64,000 nucleotides of DNA from Octopus vulgaris (GCA_951406725.2 OX597815.1:13082001-13146000); one strand, 5' to 3'. Positions 39,870 through 54,882 are shown, counted from the first letter of the stretch. Made by a program: numbers and translations. The notes: generated by a model not told the origin, from the letters alone.

Positions 39870-39948
<79 letters not shown>

Positions 39949-40476
39949 CTGTATATAAATACGGCTGAAATTAATGAGAAGAATTTGTATTGAAATCTCC
40001 ATCGCCACATAATCTATTCCATTATTAAAACTGTCAGACTCAATATAAATAAACAACCGAATATTGTCAGTGTGTAATTTAATTAATATGTTGTTACTGA
40101 CAGAATAATTTAGTGCTATAGCACTCTCACAGTGAACAAATATGGTCTTCCCTTTCTCCTTTAGTATCTGAGCGACGAGTTGACGTAAAGAGAGGAGAGA
40201 ATGAAGTTTTTGTGATCTTCGTAATATATTTTGTATTATTATTTAAAAACTTTGTATGGATAAATGTTTATGCAGAAATAAACAACAGAAAACTCACACG
40301 TCCAAGGATACAAATGATACACACCACACATATGTATCTAAGTACGGGTATATATGAATGATTTTATGTGTATATCTGAATACATTTTCTATATCAGTCA
40401 TTCTGGCTGTCTCTCTTTAATATTTTCTGCCCGTCTCTCTCCCCTTGTTTCCCACTCTCCTCATCACTCTATCTAT

Positions 40477-40530
<54 letters not shown>

Positions 40531-40607
40531 ATCTATCTATCTATCTATCTATATATATATATATATATATCTATCTATCTAGTTATATATCTATATATCT
40601 ATCTATC

Positions 40608-40679
<72 letters not shown>

Positions 40680-40933
40680 ATACACATTGTGCATAAGCGT
40701 ATATATAAATTCTTCCCTGGAAAAAAAAAAAAACTTCTTTACAACGAAATGTTATTTTTGAATACAGCTCAGGTGTACTGAGCAGTAATAATAAATTCGG
40801 AGGACAAAGGAATAAATGATTATCTTATAAACTTCGTTGAATTGCAACTGTTTCTGCTGAAAATGCACTTGATATTCGAGACGCCGATGAAGTTATAAGG
40901 CGCTACTCAGACATTAACCTAAGAGGCGAGTGC

Positions 40934-40992
<59 letters not shown>

Positions 40993-41020
40993 TATGTATA
41001 CATATATATATATATATATG

Positions 41021-41086
<66 letters not shown>

Positions 41087-41131
41087 GAGGCGATGATAAT
41101 GATAATATCATATATATGTATACATATGTTC

Positions 41132-41210
<79 letters not shown>

Positions 41211-41268
41211 GAGACATGATAATGATAATATGTTATTGTTATTGTTATTCTTCTTCTTCTTCTTCTTC

Positions 41269-41327
<59 letters not shown>

Positions 41328-41329
41328 GT

Positions 41330-42555
41330 TATTTTTCCTACTATCTTCAAATTTTCTTCCATTTCTCGCCGAGTGTTTTCCGTACACCTAGGGCAGAGAA
41401 GCTCATTGTATGCATTCCCAGATTACGCACGCACATTCACAGGTAAAATATGTATTTAAAAATTAATAAATAAATAAATTCATGAATGGATGTTTTCACA
41501 GCAATAATACTATTCTCAGTACATGAGCCGTTCCAGTTAACACGACTTTTTGCACTTCCTTTAGGCATGGTAAGCCTGGTATCATTCTCAAATAGGTTTC
41601 AGTACCTTTTTTTTTTATCATTCCCAGAGACCCTACAATCAGCGGTACTGTAGTCGCCTTGAGATGCCACATTTTTTCAATTTCTATTAGCAGGTCTTTA
41701 TATTTACTAATCTTGTCAAATTCTTTCGCCGCTATATTGTGATCGCAAGGAATATTTTTATCAATTAATAAACACATCATTTTTGTCTGATCTTTTATAG
41801 TAATATCCGGTTTATTAGCTTTTATAGTTTAGTCGGTATGTACGGGCAAGTCCCAGAGAATCAACACATTAAATGGTGTTTATACCATTTGTCTGCAGTT
41901 TTGATTTTATAATGCCAGCATATTGTCAAATGTACATACTGGCCGACTCTGTTATGTCTTGTTTTATATTCTACAGGGTTTAATACTCTACACCCTGGGA
42001 TTAGGTGGTCTGTTGTTTCAATCTCAACGTTACAGAATCGGCATTTGGGGTCAGCCCAATTTTTTATCACATTGGCTTGGTAGCTCCGGGTTAATAAGCT
42101 TTGATCTTGAGCAGCTAATATGAAACCTTCACTCTCTGCTTTTAGCCCTGAGTTTCGTAACCATTGGTTGGCGCATTTCCTTCACCCTGATCAATTTGGT
42201 AGATATCTAGGAGATCAGTAGCGAAATTTTTGCTCTCTTTCAGAATTGAGTGAAGTTTTTTCGGTCTTTCATTTTTTTCAATATTTTATAGCATCAAATC
42301 GCTGGTCACTTCAAGGTATTTGGTCAGCCCGATTGTGCTGGTTTTGTACGTAATTTCAAGCTGGATGAAGCCTCGACCTCCCTGAGCTCTGCGAAGGTAA
42401 AGACGATCCACTAGGATGCTTGGAGAACTCATATGTGTTTTGGCTGATGAGTACGGGACACTTGTATTTGCTGCAATATTTGCAGCTTTTAATAAAGCTT
42501 GTCTTCGTATGAAACAATTGTACTGAAAAACTAATCCATTCTTGTTGCTTTTTTC
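41330..42555 (-). mobile_element. 5'-truncated R4/Dong-clade LINE, same family as 10262-11090, with (TAA)n tail
   Basis: Minus-strand frames KCRFCNVEIETTDHLIPGC..EYKTRHNRVGQY and CLLIDKNIPCD..KEFDKISKYKDLLIEIEKMWHLKATTVPLIVGSLG..EVQKVVLTGTAHVLR; frameshifted. Confidence 0.9.
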
Positions 42556-42556
42556 T

Positions 42557-42607
<51 letters not shown>

Positions 42608-43589
42608 GCGATGGAATATGAATTGCTTAAGCGTTTTATGTGACATTTCAAACGGATATATGAACTTTTGAAAGAAATCAGAGCTGTTCTACTCTTGATA
42701 CATTCATTAATTAATAACATAGGCAAAGTTAAGTACCAATATAAGCTAAATAATTAACCTTTGTTGTGACGCAAGTAATATTAAAGGTGTGTATTTATGT
42801 GTATCTGTGCGTGTTCAAACACATGAGAATGATAATCAATATTGAAACTGCGAACCAGGACCCTCATTTAAGGAAACATAACGCGTGTAGAACTGAATAT
42901 ATACATGTGTATAAAATATGGCGTATGGAATTAATATTAGCTAAATGCTTAAAATAAATCATGATTAATTTGGTAGACAATGTAATCGTAACAGCACGCT
43001 CTTTGAGCAGTTATGAATTATACTGTACAAGACAATAACATTTTCAAAATTATAATTGATGCTGATCTGAGTAGTGTTAACTTTTTTTTAAAGGAATTAA
43101 TTGAGGATGAGATATGAATAAGCTCCGCTCTTATTCATTATCGAAGATTGTATGAGAAAATAGTTTACACGTAAAAGAATTGCAATTAATCACTAAATTG
43201 AATGTTTAAAATTGGAAAAAATACATACCTTTTAACTGTCTTCCGGAGAAGACCTGTTTTAGCACATTGTGAAATTATAAAATTCATTTTATTATCACTC
43301 CAATATTGTGAAGCCTAAAATAAGTATTAAGTATATAAGATTTTTGCACTTTAATTGGAAGAATAATTAAACAATTTCTAAATTTAATTTCTACTCACTC
43401 TAATAAATAGTACAATTACTTTTTAGCATTGTACAGTCATCTTTATTGTTATCTATTCCTGCTGTAACAATTGTTTTTACCGTGAAACACTTCAATCCAA
43501 ATAATTAAATCAATAACTAGGATAGATATTTATGTATTCTTTGTGGCAACGGTCTACGAAATAATAAATGCCTCCAAAACGCCTGCATG

Positions 43590-44245
43590 TTTTCATGTCC
43601 AAAAGTGTGGTAGGGACATCGATATGGAATTTGGGATTACCAAAATTTCAGTAGATAATATCAAAACACGGAAGTAAGCATTCTGCAGGGGAATGCAGTT
43701 ACTATCAAGAGCGACCATGGGTGGACCCAACGGTAGTGGGTATCGATATTTGGGGATTTTGGAGCTGGATGACAGCGTACACATAGAAATGGAAGTCAAG
43801 TTCAGCAAGGTATATCAAAAAAGGGTGAAAATGGTGTTGAAATCCATCCTGAATGCCAAAACTTTGATTACTGCAATGGATACCTGGGTAGTTGCGGTGG
43901 TCGGATATAGTGCGTCCATCCTCAAATTGGCTAAGGGGGTGGAATATCAATGCTGGATAAAAGGACGGGAAAGCTGATGACGCTGCACGGGGCGTTACAC
44001 CCTAAAGCAAATGTAAACATACTCTTTTACTCTTTTACTCTTTACTGTTTTACTTGTTTCAGTCATTTGACTGCGGCCATGCTGGAGCACCGCCTTTAGT
44101 CGAGCAAATCGACCCCGGGACTTATTCTTTTGTAAGCCCAGTACTTATTCTATCGGTCTCTTTTGCCGAACCGCTAAGTGACGGGGACGTAAACACACCA
44201 GCATCGGTTGTCAAGCAATGCTAGGGGACAAACACAGACACACAA

Positions 44246-44292
<47 letters not shown>

Positions 44293-45525
44293 CATATATA
44301 CGACAGGCTTCTTTCAGTTTCCGTCTACCAAATCCACTCACAAGGCATTGGTCGGCCCGGGGCTATAGCAGAAGATACTTGCCCAAGATGCCACGCAGTG
44401 GGACTGAACCCGCAACCATGTGGTTGGTTAGCAAGCTACTTACCACACAGTCACTCCTGCGCCTATATATTACTTTATATGAAAAGAAAGAAATTAATAT
44501 AGACCATTGTATAAGATTTGAAAGGAGAACGCTTCCCGAGGATCCGATAAATAGTTATGAAGACCTACTGCAGTATGCCGCGAAAGATATTGGTGTAAAT
44601 GCAGATGAAATGATGGGCAAGTAAGTGCTTATCCAAAGAACCAAGGAGAAGAGAAAAGAAGATCTTGAAATGAGAATGCATGGACAGTCTGAAAGGAAGA
44701 CAGAAGACGTTAAGCATAATACAGCATCGTGAGCATGGCTTGAACAACCTGATTTAATGCGTCCCACCGAATGCCTGATCATTGTTGAAAAAGACCGGGC
44801 TCTCGCTACCAAGTCGGTGAAGTATAGCATTTATTAAACTTCTGACACCCAGAAATACAGCCTCTGTGGTAAGAGTGTGGAAAATGTGACCCATTTGCTA
44901 AGTGGATATGAGAGCCTTGCACAAAAAGAGTGCAATGGCCGCCATGATAACGTATATGTGTGTGTGTGTACGTTCATTGGCTGTTATGTTGTAAATACCA
45001 ATATGAAGTAACAGAGAATTGGTATGAGTATGTACCAAATAACGCTATGCAGAAGGATGGAAAAGTAACGATATGCTGCGACTATGAGTTTCAGACGGAT
45101 CGTGTAATCGAACACCGTCGGGCGGATATTTCCATTTTGAATAAGAGCGACAAATATTGTCAAATCATTGATGTAGCCATACCAAAATGACATGAATGTT
45201 GTGAGTAAGGAGATTGAAAAAAATTACCAAGTGTTGCGAATTGGAAGTGGAATTGGAAAGGCTGTATGGAATGCGAGAGGGTAATTTGAAGTGATAGCAG
45301 TGGTGAATCCCATTGAAGTGATAGTTGGGCTGAATCCCATTGAAACTTCAAAACTTCTTAAGGCAACTTAAGATTGATGTCTTGAAAAAAAAGCAGCCTT
45401 ATTTGGCACAGCGCACATTATATGGAAAGTATTATCTGTCTGAGGTTCTTGTTGTGATATGACAGAAGACTAAACATTCCGGTGCATTTTTACCTACGCT
45501 GTGTTACGAAGGAATGATGATGATG
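43590..45525 (+). mobile_element. Older R4/Dong-clade LINE fragment (RT end to RLE), interrupted by a SINE
   Basis: GYRYLGILELD..YQKRVKMVLKSILNAKTLITAMDTWVVAVVGYSA, LMTLHGALHPKANV, then YVHWLLC..WYEYVP..FQTDRVIEHRRADI..CQIIDVAIP; ends in (GAT)/(AAT) repeats. Confidence 0.85.
44021..44464 (-). mobile_element. SINE family A, full-length, nested in the LINE
   Basis: Reverse complement of 56895-57308; it splits the LINE frame between HPKANV and LYMKRKE. Confidence 0.92.
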
Positions 45526-45556
45526 ATAATATTAATAATAATAATATTAATAATAT

Positions 45557-46028
45557 CGTAACGCATATTTGCCATTTGAATATGGCTAACCCCTAAGGGT
45601 GGATGCTACTGTAGTTTGTAGCCCCAGTAGTGTTACCGCTACTGTTTATAACTCGCTTTGAGATTTATCATTGTTTGATTTCACTTTTTCAATATCAGCG
45701 TCAATCGACAGTGGAAAAAGTATATGTATTTGTGAGGGAAACTGAATTCTCGTCGACAACTATGATTGTCACACGCTGATGATAGGTAAACACCTTGAAA
45801 CTCGAGTCCGTGTGTATCATAAGTTGAAGACGGGAAGGATGACTTCCCTTCACAAATACTGATAGGGCACAGATAGTGTGTCTATAGCCAGCTGGAGGAG
45901 ATATCTTCCTGGGGCTACAAACTACAGTAGCATCAACCCTTAGGGGTTAGCCATATTCAAATGGCAAATATGCGTCACGATGTGTTACCGCTACTGTTTA
46001 TAACTCGCTCTGAGATTTATCATTGTTT
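45557..46028. mobile_element. Second copy of the 352 bp retrozyme-like element: 71 bp inverted arm plus a plus-strand unit with ~46 bp terminal redundancy
   Basis: 45557-45627 is in minus orientation; tgttaccgctactg occurs at 45631 and 45983 (period 352); embedded in (TAA)n. Confidence 0.88.
45770..45814 (+). ncRNA. Type I hammerhead ribozyme
   Basis: cacacg CTGATGA t aggt aaac acct t GAAA ctcgag TC cgtgtg; intact core, with the first pair of stem II a U-U mismatch. Confidence 0.8.
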
Positions 46029-46041
46029 AATAATAATAATA

Positions 46042-46093
<52 letters not shown>

Positions 46094-46734
46094 TAATAAT
46101 AATTAAATGACAAATTTGCCGGGTGGAGTCTGCTGTGGTGGAATTTACCGCGGCGGAATTTAACGGTCACCTATGATACATGTGTCCACTGGATTTGTAA
46201 CTACGCCCACACACATCTCAACAGGCAACGCATACTCAATGTTTGTTATCTAAGGAAATGAAAACATCTCAAAAACAATATGCTTGAAGGCTCCCTTCTT
46301 TCAGATTGTAATTTTCACACACACACACACACCTACGCCTGCAAGGCATAAAGTAAACAATACTTACTGAAAAGAACTACTGAATGGTTTCAAATGCGAT
46401 TTCTTGAAACAAGCTAAGCGGATAAACTTTAATATTTATAATATCAGTTATTGATAAACATTCGAGCACAATACAGAATTGTTCTAAACAACATCCCTTA
46501 CAATAAGATAAAACAGATCTTTGTGTAAATAGGCGAATACGTATATAGATGGATTTTATCTGCACAATTTGGCAAATTCTTAGAAAAACAAAAACTGAAA
46601 CATCAATGAAGAATCTACTATATTAGCAAGCGACTTGGAGTTAGAAAATAGTTTAAGACATACACGCCACCCACTCGCAGCATTCTCAAAAACCAGATTC
46701 CTAATTTCTCCTATATATTGAGAAACTAGCTGTG

Positions 46735-47122
46735 TGGATGGAAGAACTCCGTCGGTTACGACGACGAGGGTTCCGGTTGATCGGATCAACGGAACAGCCT
46801 GCTCGTGAAATTAACGTGTAAGTGGCTGAGCACCCCACAGACACGTGTACCCTTAACGTAGTTCGCGGGGATATTCAGCGTGACACAGAGAGTGACAAGG
46901 CCGGCCCTTTTGACATACAGGTACAACAGAAACACGAAGTAAGAGTGAGAGAAAGTTGTGGTGAAAGAGTACAGCATGGATCATCACCATCCTTGCACGA
47001 GATTCGTGGAGCTTTAGGTGTTTTCGCTCAATAAACACTCACAACGCCCTGTCTGTGAATCGAAACCGCGATCCTACGACCGCGAGTTCGCTGCCCTAAC
47101 CACTGGGCCATTGCGCCTCCAC
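46735..47122 (-). mobile_element. tRNA-derived SINE family C, full-length with 10 bp TSD
   Basis: Head gtggaggcgcaatggcccagtggttagggc..gtttcgattc; ACTAGCTGTG at 46725-46734 and 47123-47132. Confidence 0.9.
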
Positions 47123-47949
47123 ACTAGCTGTGGAAGATGAATCAAGAAAAAAAATAATGCTACAATTATCAAAAAGCAACATCATTATGTCTGTGAAACA
47201 GCATTATGTTTGTAATTAAATAACTTACTCATTGTGTATTAAAAAAACGTCGAATATAGGTGCCGATCGATAGATAGCAGAGACCTATTTGTGGTAATAT
47301 AGATGTTAATATTGTACAAATTTCAACCGAAGTCACATAACATGCAATGCCCCTATATCAACGCCTATGACCATAACATATGAAATATGAAAACATGATA
47401 TGACTACGAAGTTGACAACTTTAAACGTAACATTAATATTTTCAAGAAACCTGATCGAAAATTCAAAATTCACTTTTCATTCCCATAAAACTACAATTAA
47501 TCTATAGTTTGACAGATACCATTTAATGAAAAAGAAAACCATAATGAATCTAAGATACGGTAAGTTTCGTCAGAACCACCAAATTTTATGATAATTCACT
47601 GGACCAATTTGTGCGTTGTATTCTTAAGCAAGAATTATTAAAGCACTTTATTTCACATTCCTCAAGTCTATTAGGGCTGTAGAAATAACTTGCGCCATTT
47701 CTGGTGCCAAATTGTATTGACCATTGCCTTTGCTTTGGTTGGAATTAGTAGCGGGGAGAGCGGAGGCTGGTATGCAGGGATGCCTACTGGTCTTATATAA
47801 ACTACCTTGCACGGATTTGTACCTTGAAGGGAACTTCCTAGGGCAATCACACAGTCATTCATGAGCGAAGGGGATCTTTTCTCTTTACACATATAAATTT
47901 TTAGGGAACGGATACTCTTTTTCTGCGTCACTCGAGCACATGCCGCACG

Positions 47950-48018
<69 letters not shown>

Positions 48019-48026
48019 ATTATATA

Positions 48027-48074
<48 letters not shown>

Positions 48075-48077
<3 letters not shown>

Positions 48078-48474
48078 TGGCTGTGTGGTAAGTAGCTTGT
48101 TTACCAACCACATGGTTCCGGGTTCAGTTCCACTGCGTGGCACCTTGGGCAACTGTCTTCTACTATAGCCTCGGGTCGACCAAAGCCTTGTGAGTTTATT
48201 TGGTAGACGGAAACAGAAAGAAGCCCGTCGTATATATGTATATATATATATGCGTGTGTGTGTTTGTGTGTCTCTGTTTGTCCCCCTAGCATTGCTTGAC
48301 AACCGATGCTGATGTGTTAATGTCCCCGTTACCTAGCGGTTCGGCAAAAGAGACTGATAGAATAAGTACTGGGCTTACAAAAGAATAAGTCCCGGGGTCG
48401 AGTTGCTCGATTAAAGGAGGTGCTCCAGCATGGCCGCAGTAAAATGACTGAAACAACTAAAAGAGTAAAAGAGT
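48075..48474 (+). mobile_element. SINE family A
   Basis: gagtggctgtgtggtaag..ggttcagttccac..tgactgaaacaa..aaagagt. Confidence 0.9.
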
Positions 48475-48513
48475 ATATATATATATATATACATATATAC
48501 ATACACACACATA

Positions 48514-48546
<33 letters not shown>

Positions 48547-48799
48547 GCTGATGTGTGGATATATCTGAGCGCTTATTTGTACTGAAATATGCATGTTTAT
48601 GTATACTATTTGTAAGTTTCACGAGGGATTATTTTATTTGCGGCGTGACACGGATTACGAGGGTGCACAATTGCATAAAGTCTCTAACATGTTAGGCAAT
48701 TATTTTGGCATTTTATTAAGCAAATCTATGTCCTATAAAACGTGGAATCCCAATCTCAAAAATTTTGCTGATCATTGATTATTTATTCCTACTGCAACT

Positions 48800-48891
<92 letters not shown>

Positions 48892-49921
48892 ACACGCTCA
48901 CACATAAGTGAATGAATGAATGCATACATGATCATATATATTTATTGATATAAACTTATATGTGATAACGTGTTTGTATGAGATTGTACAACTTTCTTGT
49001 TATCGTGTGTATAAATATGATGAGAATTATATGGTGCTACTTTGAATAAATTTATGTGATTATCATAATATACGTGGAAGGAAAGCGTAATAAGATTTAA
49101 AATTTTATTGATATTTATGATATAAAATACGAGATATACGTCAATCTTTATAATCCATTTTAAATAATATTGAGTCTTTTAAACAAGCCTTAAATAGGTG
49201 TGAATGAATTATAAAACTGCAAAGACTACACGGAAATATTATAACTTAAATTCCGGTTCATTAAGTCGAAAATAGGGATGATCATACATAAAAAACTGAT
49301 TTTTTTTCATCAGTTTACAAAATTTAATTTATGTAATTACGAAGTAATAGGAAATGTTCTTAGCGAAATATGTAAGTATTCTTCTATTCATAAGCACACG
49401 TAAAAATCATACTGATTAATATATGTGTGTGTGTGTGTGCGTGTATACAGAGAGAGAGAGAGAGAGATCGGAGTTCCATTCCTACACTGGCCTGTGTGTT
49501 GTGTTCTTGAGCAAGACAATTTATTTCCCTTTAATCTAGCCTGCTCTGATGTAAAGTTGAGATATGTAAGTCTGAGGAACTGCTGGTGTTCTACAAACAA
49601 CTATAGACCACGAGTGGAATGTTCCCTAACAAATCTCGCTAGGAAACATTCTACGTGCAGTTCCTTGACCATTCGTGACAGAGGGTGGTCTTCACTCTCC
49701 CTATATATATATATTTATTGTCGAGAATCGTATAGCAAATCAATAAAAAAAGGGCGAGAGACAGGTCTAGGAACAAAACAAGGTGTTTTAGTTAGATGAT
49801 GAGACAGGAAAAACCTTACACGTTTCGAGTATAGGTCCTTCTATAAGAGGGAATGGGAAGAGAAAACTGATAGGGTGAGAATTACACACATACACACACA
49901 CACACATATATGTATATGTAT

Positions 49922-50119
49922 GTGACCTCGTGTGTACCGTTGGCGATTTTTTTTCCTCTCTCTTCCCTTCTCTGGATCATTCCTTCTCCTATGTTTCCGA
50001 CGAAGAGCTCTGCTCGAAACAATAAACCCTCCTTCTTTCCTGAGCGTCCAATAATACTATATTTGTTCCACGTCCTCGCGTTGTTGTGTTTTTTTTGTGC
50101 TTTCTTGTTTGGATTAACT
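49922..50119 (+). mobile_element. Family D short element
   Basis: Reverse complement of 11888-12092; contains ccgacgaagagctctgctcgaaac. Confidence 0.75.
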
Positions 50120-50137
50120 ATATATATATATATATAA

Positions 50138-50325
50138 CGGGAAGCTTTATGAAAATAAACAAAAGACGAAGGCAGGTGGAATACAAACAAACAATTGTAT
50201 TAGTATGGCGCTCAGGAATATAAATAAAACAATTCTTTTACGTTTCGAGCCTACGCTCTTCGACAGAAAGATACATAGAAAAGAAAGACGGAAAGAAACA
50301 AGGGGAGAAGAAAAAATGCGTGCAG
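50138..50325 (-). mobile_element. Family E short element
   Basis: Minus strand ctttctgtcgaagagcgtaggctcgaaacgtaaaa; homologous to 35058-35214. Confidence 0.6.
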
Positions 50326-50344
50326 AAATATATATATATATATA

Positions 50345-50727
50345 TCTATATATAAACGGCAGTTTGTCTGTGCGTGTTTCTGAGTGTCTGTTTTCTCGTA
50401 CCCTCACCCTGACCACGGCTTTCAACCGATTCTGATGAAACTTGACACACGCATAGCCCAATGTCATAATTCAAAACTAACGCAGCGAAAATTTTGAAAA
50501 GTTCCCCCAGTTCTGAAAAAAATCGATAAATTCGACATGGGGTCGAGAATAAAAAAAAACAAACCACAGACTGTCTAGGGGACGCAACTCAACCTTTTTT
50601 TACTCTCAAAAAACAATTTACCATAATTTTTTTCCCATTTTTTTGCTATTTTTTGGCTATAACTCTCTAAAGATGCTTTATAGTTATTTCCCTTACAAAC
50701 CTGAGCAACGCCGGACGATACTGCTAG
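50345..50727 (+). mobile_element. Non-autonomous Helitron
   Basis: 5' A|TCtatatataaac; 3' GC-rich hairpin-like cctgagcaacgccggacg followed by CTAG|T; no TSD. Confidence 0.75.
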
Positions 50728-50771
50728 TATATATATATATATATATACATATATGTATATATATATGTGTA

Positions 50772-50823
<52 letters not shown>

Positions 50824-51475
50824 CATATATATATATATACATACATATATATATATATATATATCCGGAAGGTAATTTTTTTTTATTTCTCATTTTCGAA
50901 GATCGCATTTATATTTTAGTTGTGTTGCTTGAGAGGTATTTGGCATCTATAATGCTTAATGTTCTTCGGAATTTAAGTTTCTATTCTGCTTGGGTGATTA
51001 GAGCAGTAATTAGTTCAGCCACTAGATGTACGTTTGGCAAAGTTTGTGGTGGAAAATGAAAATTATCGTAAAGTGTACCTTATGTATTACAAGCACGTTT
51101 CAAATATATCTTTTCTACGTTGGAATAGACGAATAGACATCCAGAAATGTGTAAATATATATGTGTGTGTCTGTCTCTATCTGTCTCTGAGTGTGTCAGT
51201 CTGCCTGTGTGTGCGCGCGTGCGTAGGTAATTACTTGTGTGTAACTGATTAATGTCAGACATTGACAATTTGAAAATAAATGCTTTACGAAAGATTCAAT
51301 GTGTAATTTATATTGTTAGAGACGGATGTGTTTGTCGATTGTTATACACTATGTTTTTATTTAGATTCTTTAGATGAGCGTACATCAATTCTTATACGGA
51401 ATTTAAGGACTCAAGCGTTCACTCGTACATATGCTCAACGTGCATGAGTATATATAAAATGTATGTGTATGTATA

Positions 51476-51511
<36 letters not shown>

Positions 51512-51515
51512 ATCA

Positions 51516-51786
51516 GGTGCAGGAGTGGCTGCGTGGTAAGTAGCTTGTTTACCAACCACATGGTTCCGCTTTCAGTCCCACTGCATGGCACCTTGGACAA
51601 GTGTCTTCTCCTATAGCCTAGGGCCAACCAAAGCCGAGTTGATTTGGTAGACGGAAACTGAAAGAAGCCCGTCGTATATATGTATATATATATATATGCG
51701 CGCGCGCGCGTGTGTGTGTGTGTGTCTTTGTGTGTCAGTGTATGTCCCCCTAGCATTGCTTGACAACCGATGCTGGTGTTTTTGTC
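51516..51786 (+). mobile_element. SINE family A, 3'-truncated
   Basis: ggtgcaggagtggctgcgtggtaag..gacaaccgatgctggtg. Confidence 0.85.
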
Positions 51787-52002
51787 CCACATATATATGA
51801 GTAAATTTGTGCGTATGCTTCTCAGACTCCCTTCAAACTTCCACGACTCACTATTGACCATCCCATCTACGCGCATGTGCAAAAATAAACACATACACAC
51901 ACAACCACCCATTCATACACCTATTACCAGAGCTGCTGATCTGTCACTACGAGATTAACAGACATACACAGACCACTCACACAAACACATGTTAACAGTT
52001 AA

Positions 52003-52135
52003 TACCTATTTCTTTACTACCCACAAGGGGCTAAGCACAGAGGGGACAAAGAAGGACAGACAATCGGATTAAGTCGATTACATGAACCCCCAGTGCGTAA
52101 CTGGTACTTTATTTATCGACCGCGAAAGGATGAAA
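52003..52135 (-). mobile_element. SINE family B 3' fragment
   Basis: tacctatttctttactacccacaagggg..gaaaggatgaaa. Confidence 0.8.
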
Positions 52136-52455
52136 TGCACACGCATACTCACACAGTTACCACTACCACACACATACACACACTGATACAATTACGGCCA
52201 CGCACATACACGCGCTACCATGCACATACTCCGCCATCAGTACACGTGCACACACACGCACACTCAGTTACTGCCAAACACATACGCTACCATACACAGA
52301 CATGCCACCACACCCACACACACCCCCTCCCACACGCTCACGAACTCACACATGCACAGGGATACCAACCATTCTTCGCAATCTCCTATCCCAGAAAAAT
52401 ATTTTTCTTTATCCATCTACTTCCATTCAATTCTAAAATGTTTGTACATATGAAC

Positions 52456-52625
52456 GGTTGGCGATTTCTTTCCCTCTGCCTTCCATTTCTTTTGGGCTTT
52501 CCTATGTCTCCTGTTCCGAAGAAGAGCTATGCTCGAAACGTTAAATAACCACACTTTCTTTCCGTCTTTGAGCATCTAACTTTGCATGTACTACGTCCTC
52601 GAGCTGTTGTGTTTTGCTCGTCTTT
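52456..52625 (+). mobile_element. Family D short element (diverged)
   Basis: ttggcgattt..ttccgaagaagagctatgctcgaaacgttaaa..acgtcctcg. Confidence 0.65.
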
Positions 52626-53181
52626 TTTATTATAATAATATCCGAAAGCTGCATGATTGTGAAGCTCAGCATAATAGAGAGTCGTCCTGTGAATAGGGCG
52701 AACTTCTTCTTTGAAAATCGACAGCCATAATGGTATTATTATGTGCATACACAACTCCATCGTCAACATTGAATTAATTAATGTTATCATTTACGATTAA
52801 CAATGTCATGTATTTATAGCTGGGCAGAAAATAATTCCCATCCAACAGAAAGGGTGCATCTTCACTTGAAGCCATTCTTGATCAAGGTAAATGTTACGAT
52901 ATTCAAAATACATAAATCAATTAATGGGTAAAAGTTAAAACAATATAAGGGATCCAGAGTTACTTGGAGGATCATGAAATAAAACTTGTAAAAGCAGTTT
53001 GATAAATAGGCCTGCAACAGCACTGAGAAAAGAGCAACACTCGAAAACTAGCAGACGAGCAACATACACACACGCAAATACACTCACATACACATACACA
53101 CATAAACATATACACACACATATATAAATAGAGAGAGAGAATTAAAAAAAAATATCTAGATAGGTAGATAGATAGATATAC

Positions 53182-53643
<462 letters not shown>

Positions 53644-54554
53644 GAGTAAAAGAAAGTAGAGATTGAAAAATCCAGGTGTATTAGTCAGTGTGAAAACCTA
53701 GCTAACAATGTCAAACTAGACATAAAGGAATCCGCATACGTATAAGCATGCATTCCATACAAATTGAAATACCTAAGGAATTCACTGAATCAAAATTGTT
53801 GGAGCATTAATGACCGAATATATAAGCAATGAGACTAAAAGGGGAAAACGGTATTGTTATATAACATTATTCAACGTAACGATCGTTTGAATATTTAGAG
53901 GGACCGCTACAGTGCCAAACATTGGTCTGTAGACGTAATTAAGCTATTAATTAACAAACTATTTAACCCTGAACTATTCTCAGGAGATTTCCTATGTGAA
54001 GTTTGGTCTACGTAGTTTCGGAATTATGAACATCTACAATTCTCTATCTAGGTAAATCAGCAGATGTAATTTGTAAATTACTGGTATATCAAATGGCTTT
54101 TAGTATAAACTTACCAGTGGTTCCATACCGAACGGATCAAGATGTAATCAGGTTTAAAAGTATGTTAGTACAATGAATAACAAGAAAAAGGTAATTTGCT
54201 CCAATGTATCGAGTACTTTAATCAATGAGAAGATAGTAAGCACATAAGTTAATACAGAGAACGGATTTGAAATTAATTAAATGGAGCGTGGCGGAGCGGA
54301 ACTTGATGTATAATATAATCATAAATGAATGCCCACCTCTCTTCTCTATTTTAGAAATATCAGGTTTACTATAGTTAAGGTGAACTAAATCAAATTACTT
54401 TAAATTCACTTAAATACATTGGAGTCGTTCAAGAATTCATTAAAGATTAGTCAAGACGTGAAAACTCTTTATGTTATATAGGAGGTAGATGGGTTTGGTG
54501 AAATCATAAGAAGGGACATACGCATTAATATTAAACCCAGGTAATAGAATTATT

Positions 54555-54846
54555 ATACTTTTATTCTTTTATTTGTTTCAATCATTTGACTGCAGCCATG
54601 CTGGAGCAATGTCATTAGTCAATAAATCGATCACAAGACTGTAAGTCTCTGTAAACTTAAGCAATAGGAGCAAACACACGCACATGCAATATATACGCGG
54701 GCTTCTTTCAGTTTCTCTCTACCAAATCCACTCAAAATTCTTTGGTCGGCCCGAGGCTATATTAGAGAACACAAGGTGCCACGCAGTGGGACTGAACCTA
54801 GAACTGTGTGGCTGGGAAACAAGCTTCTTACCATACAGTCACACCT
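54555..54846 (-). mobile_element. Diverged SINE family A
   Basis: tcatttgactgcagccatgctggagc..ctaccaaatccactca..gtgccacgcagtgggactgaacc. Confidence 0.75.
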
Positions 54847-54882
54847 GTTCCTTTCATTATGTGAAAACTATTATAATATTAA

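Noticed and set aside
47671-47930. GC-richer block with a 105 aa minus-strand ORF
   Set aside because: The ORF begins in a (TG)n tract and has no recognisable motif; probably an unclassified repeat.
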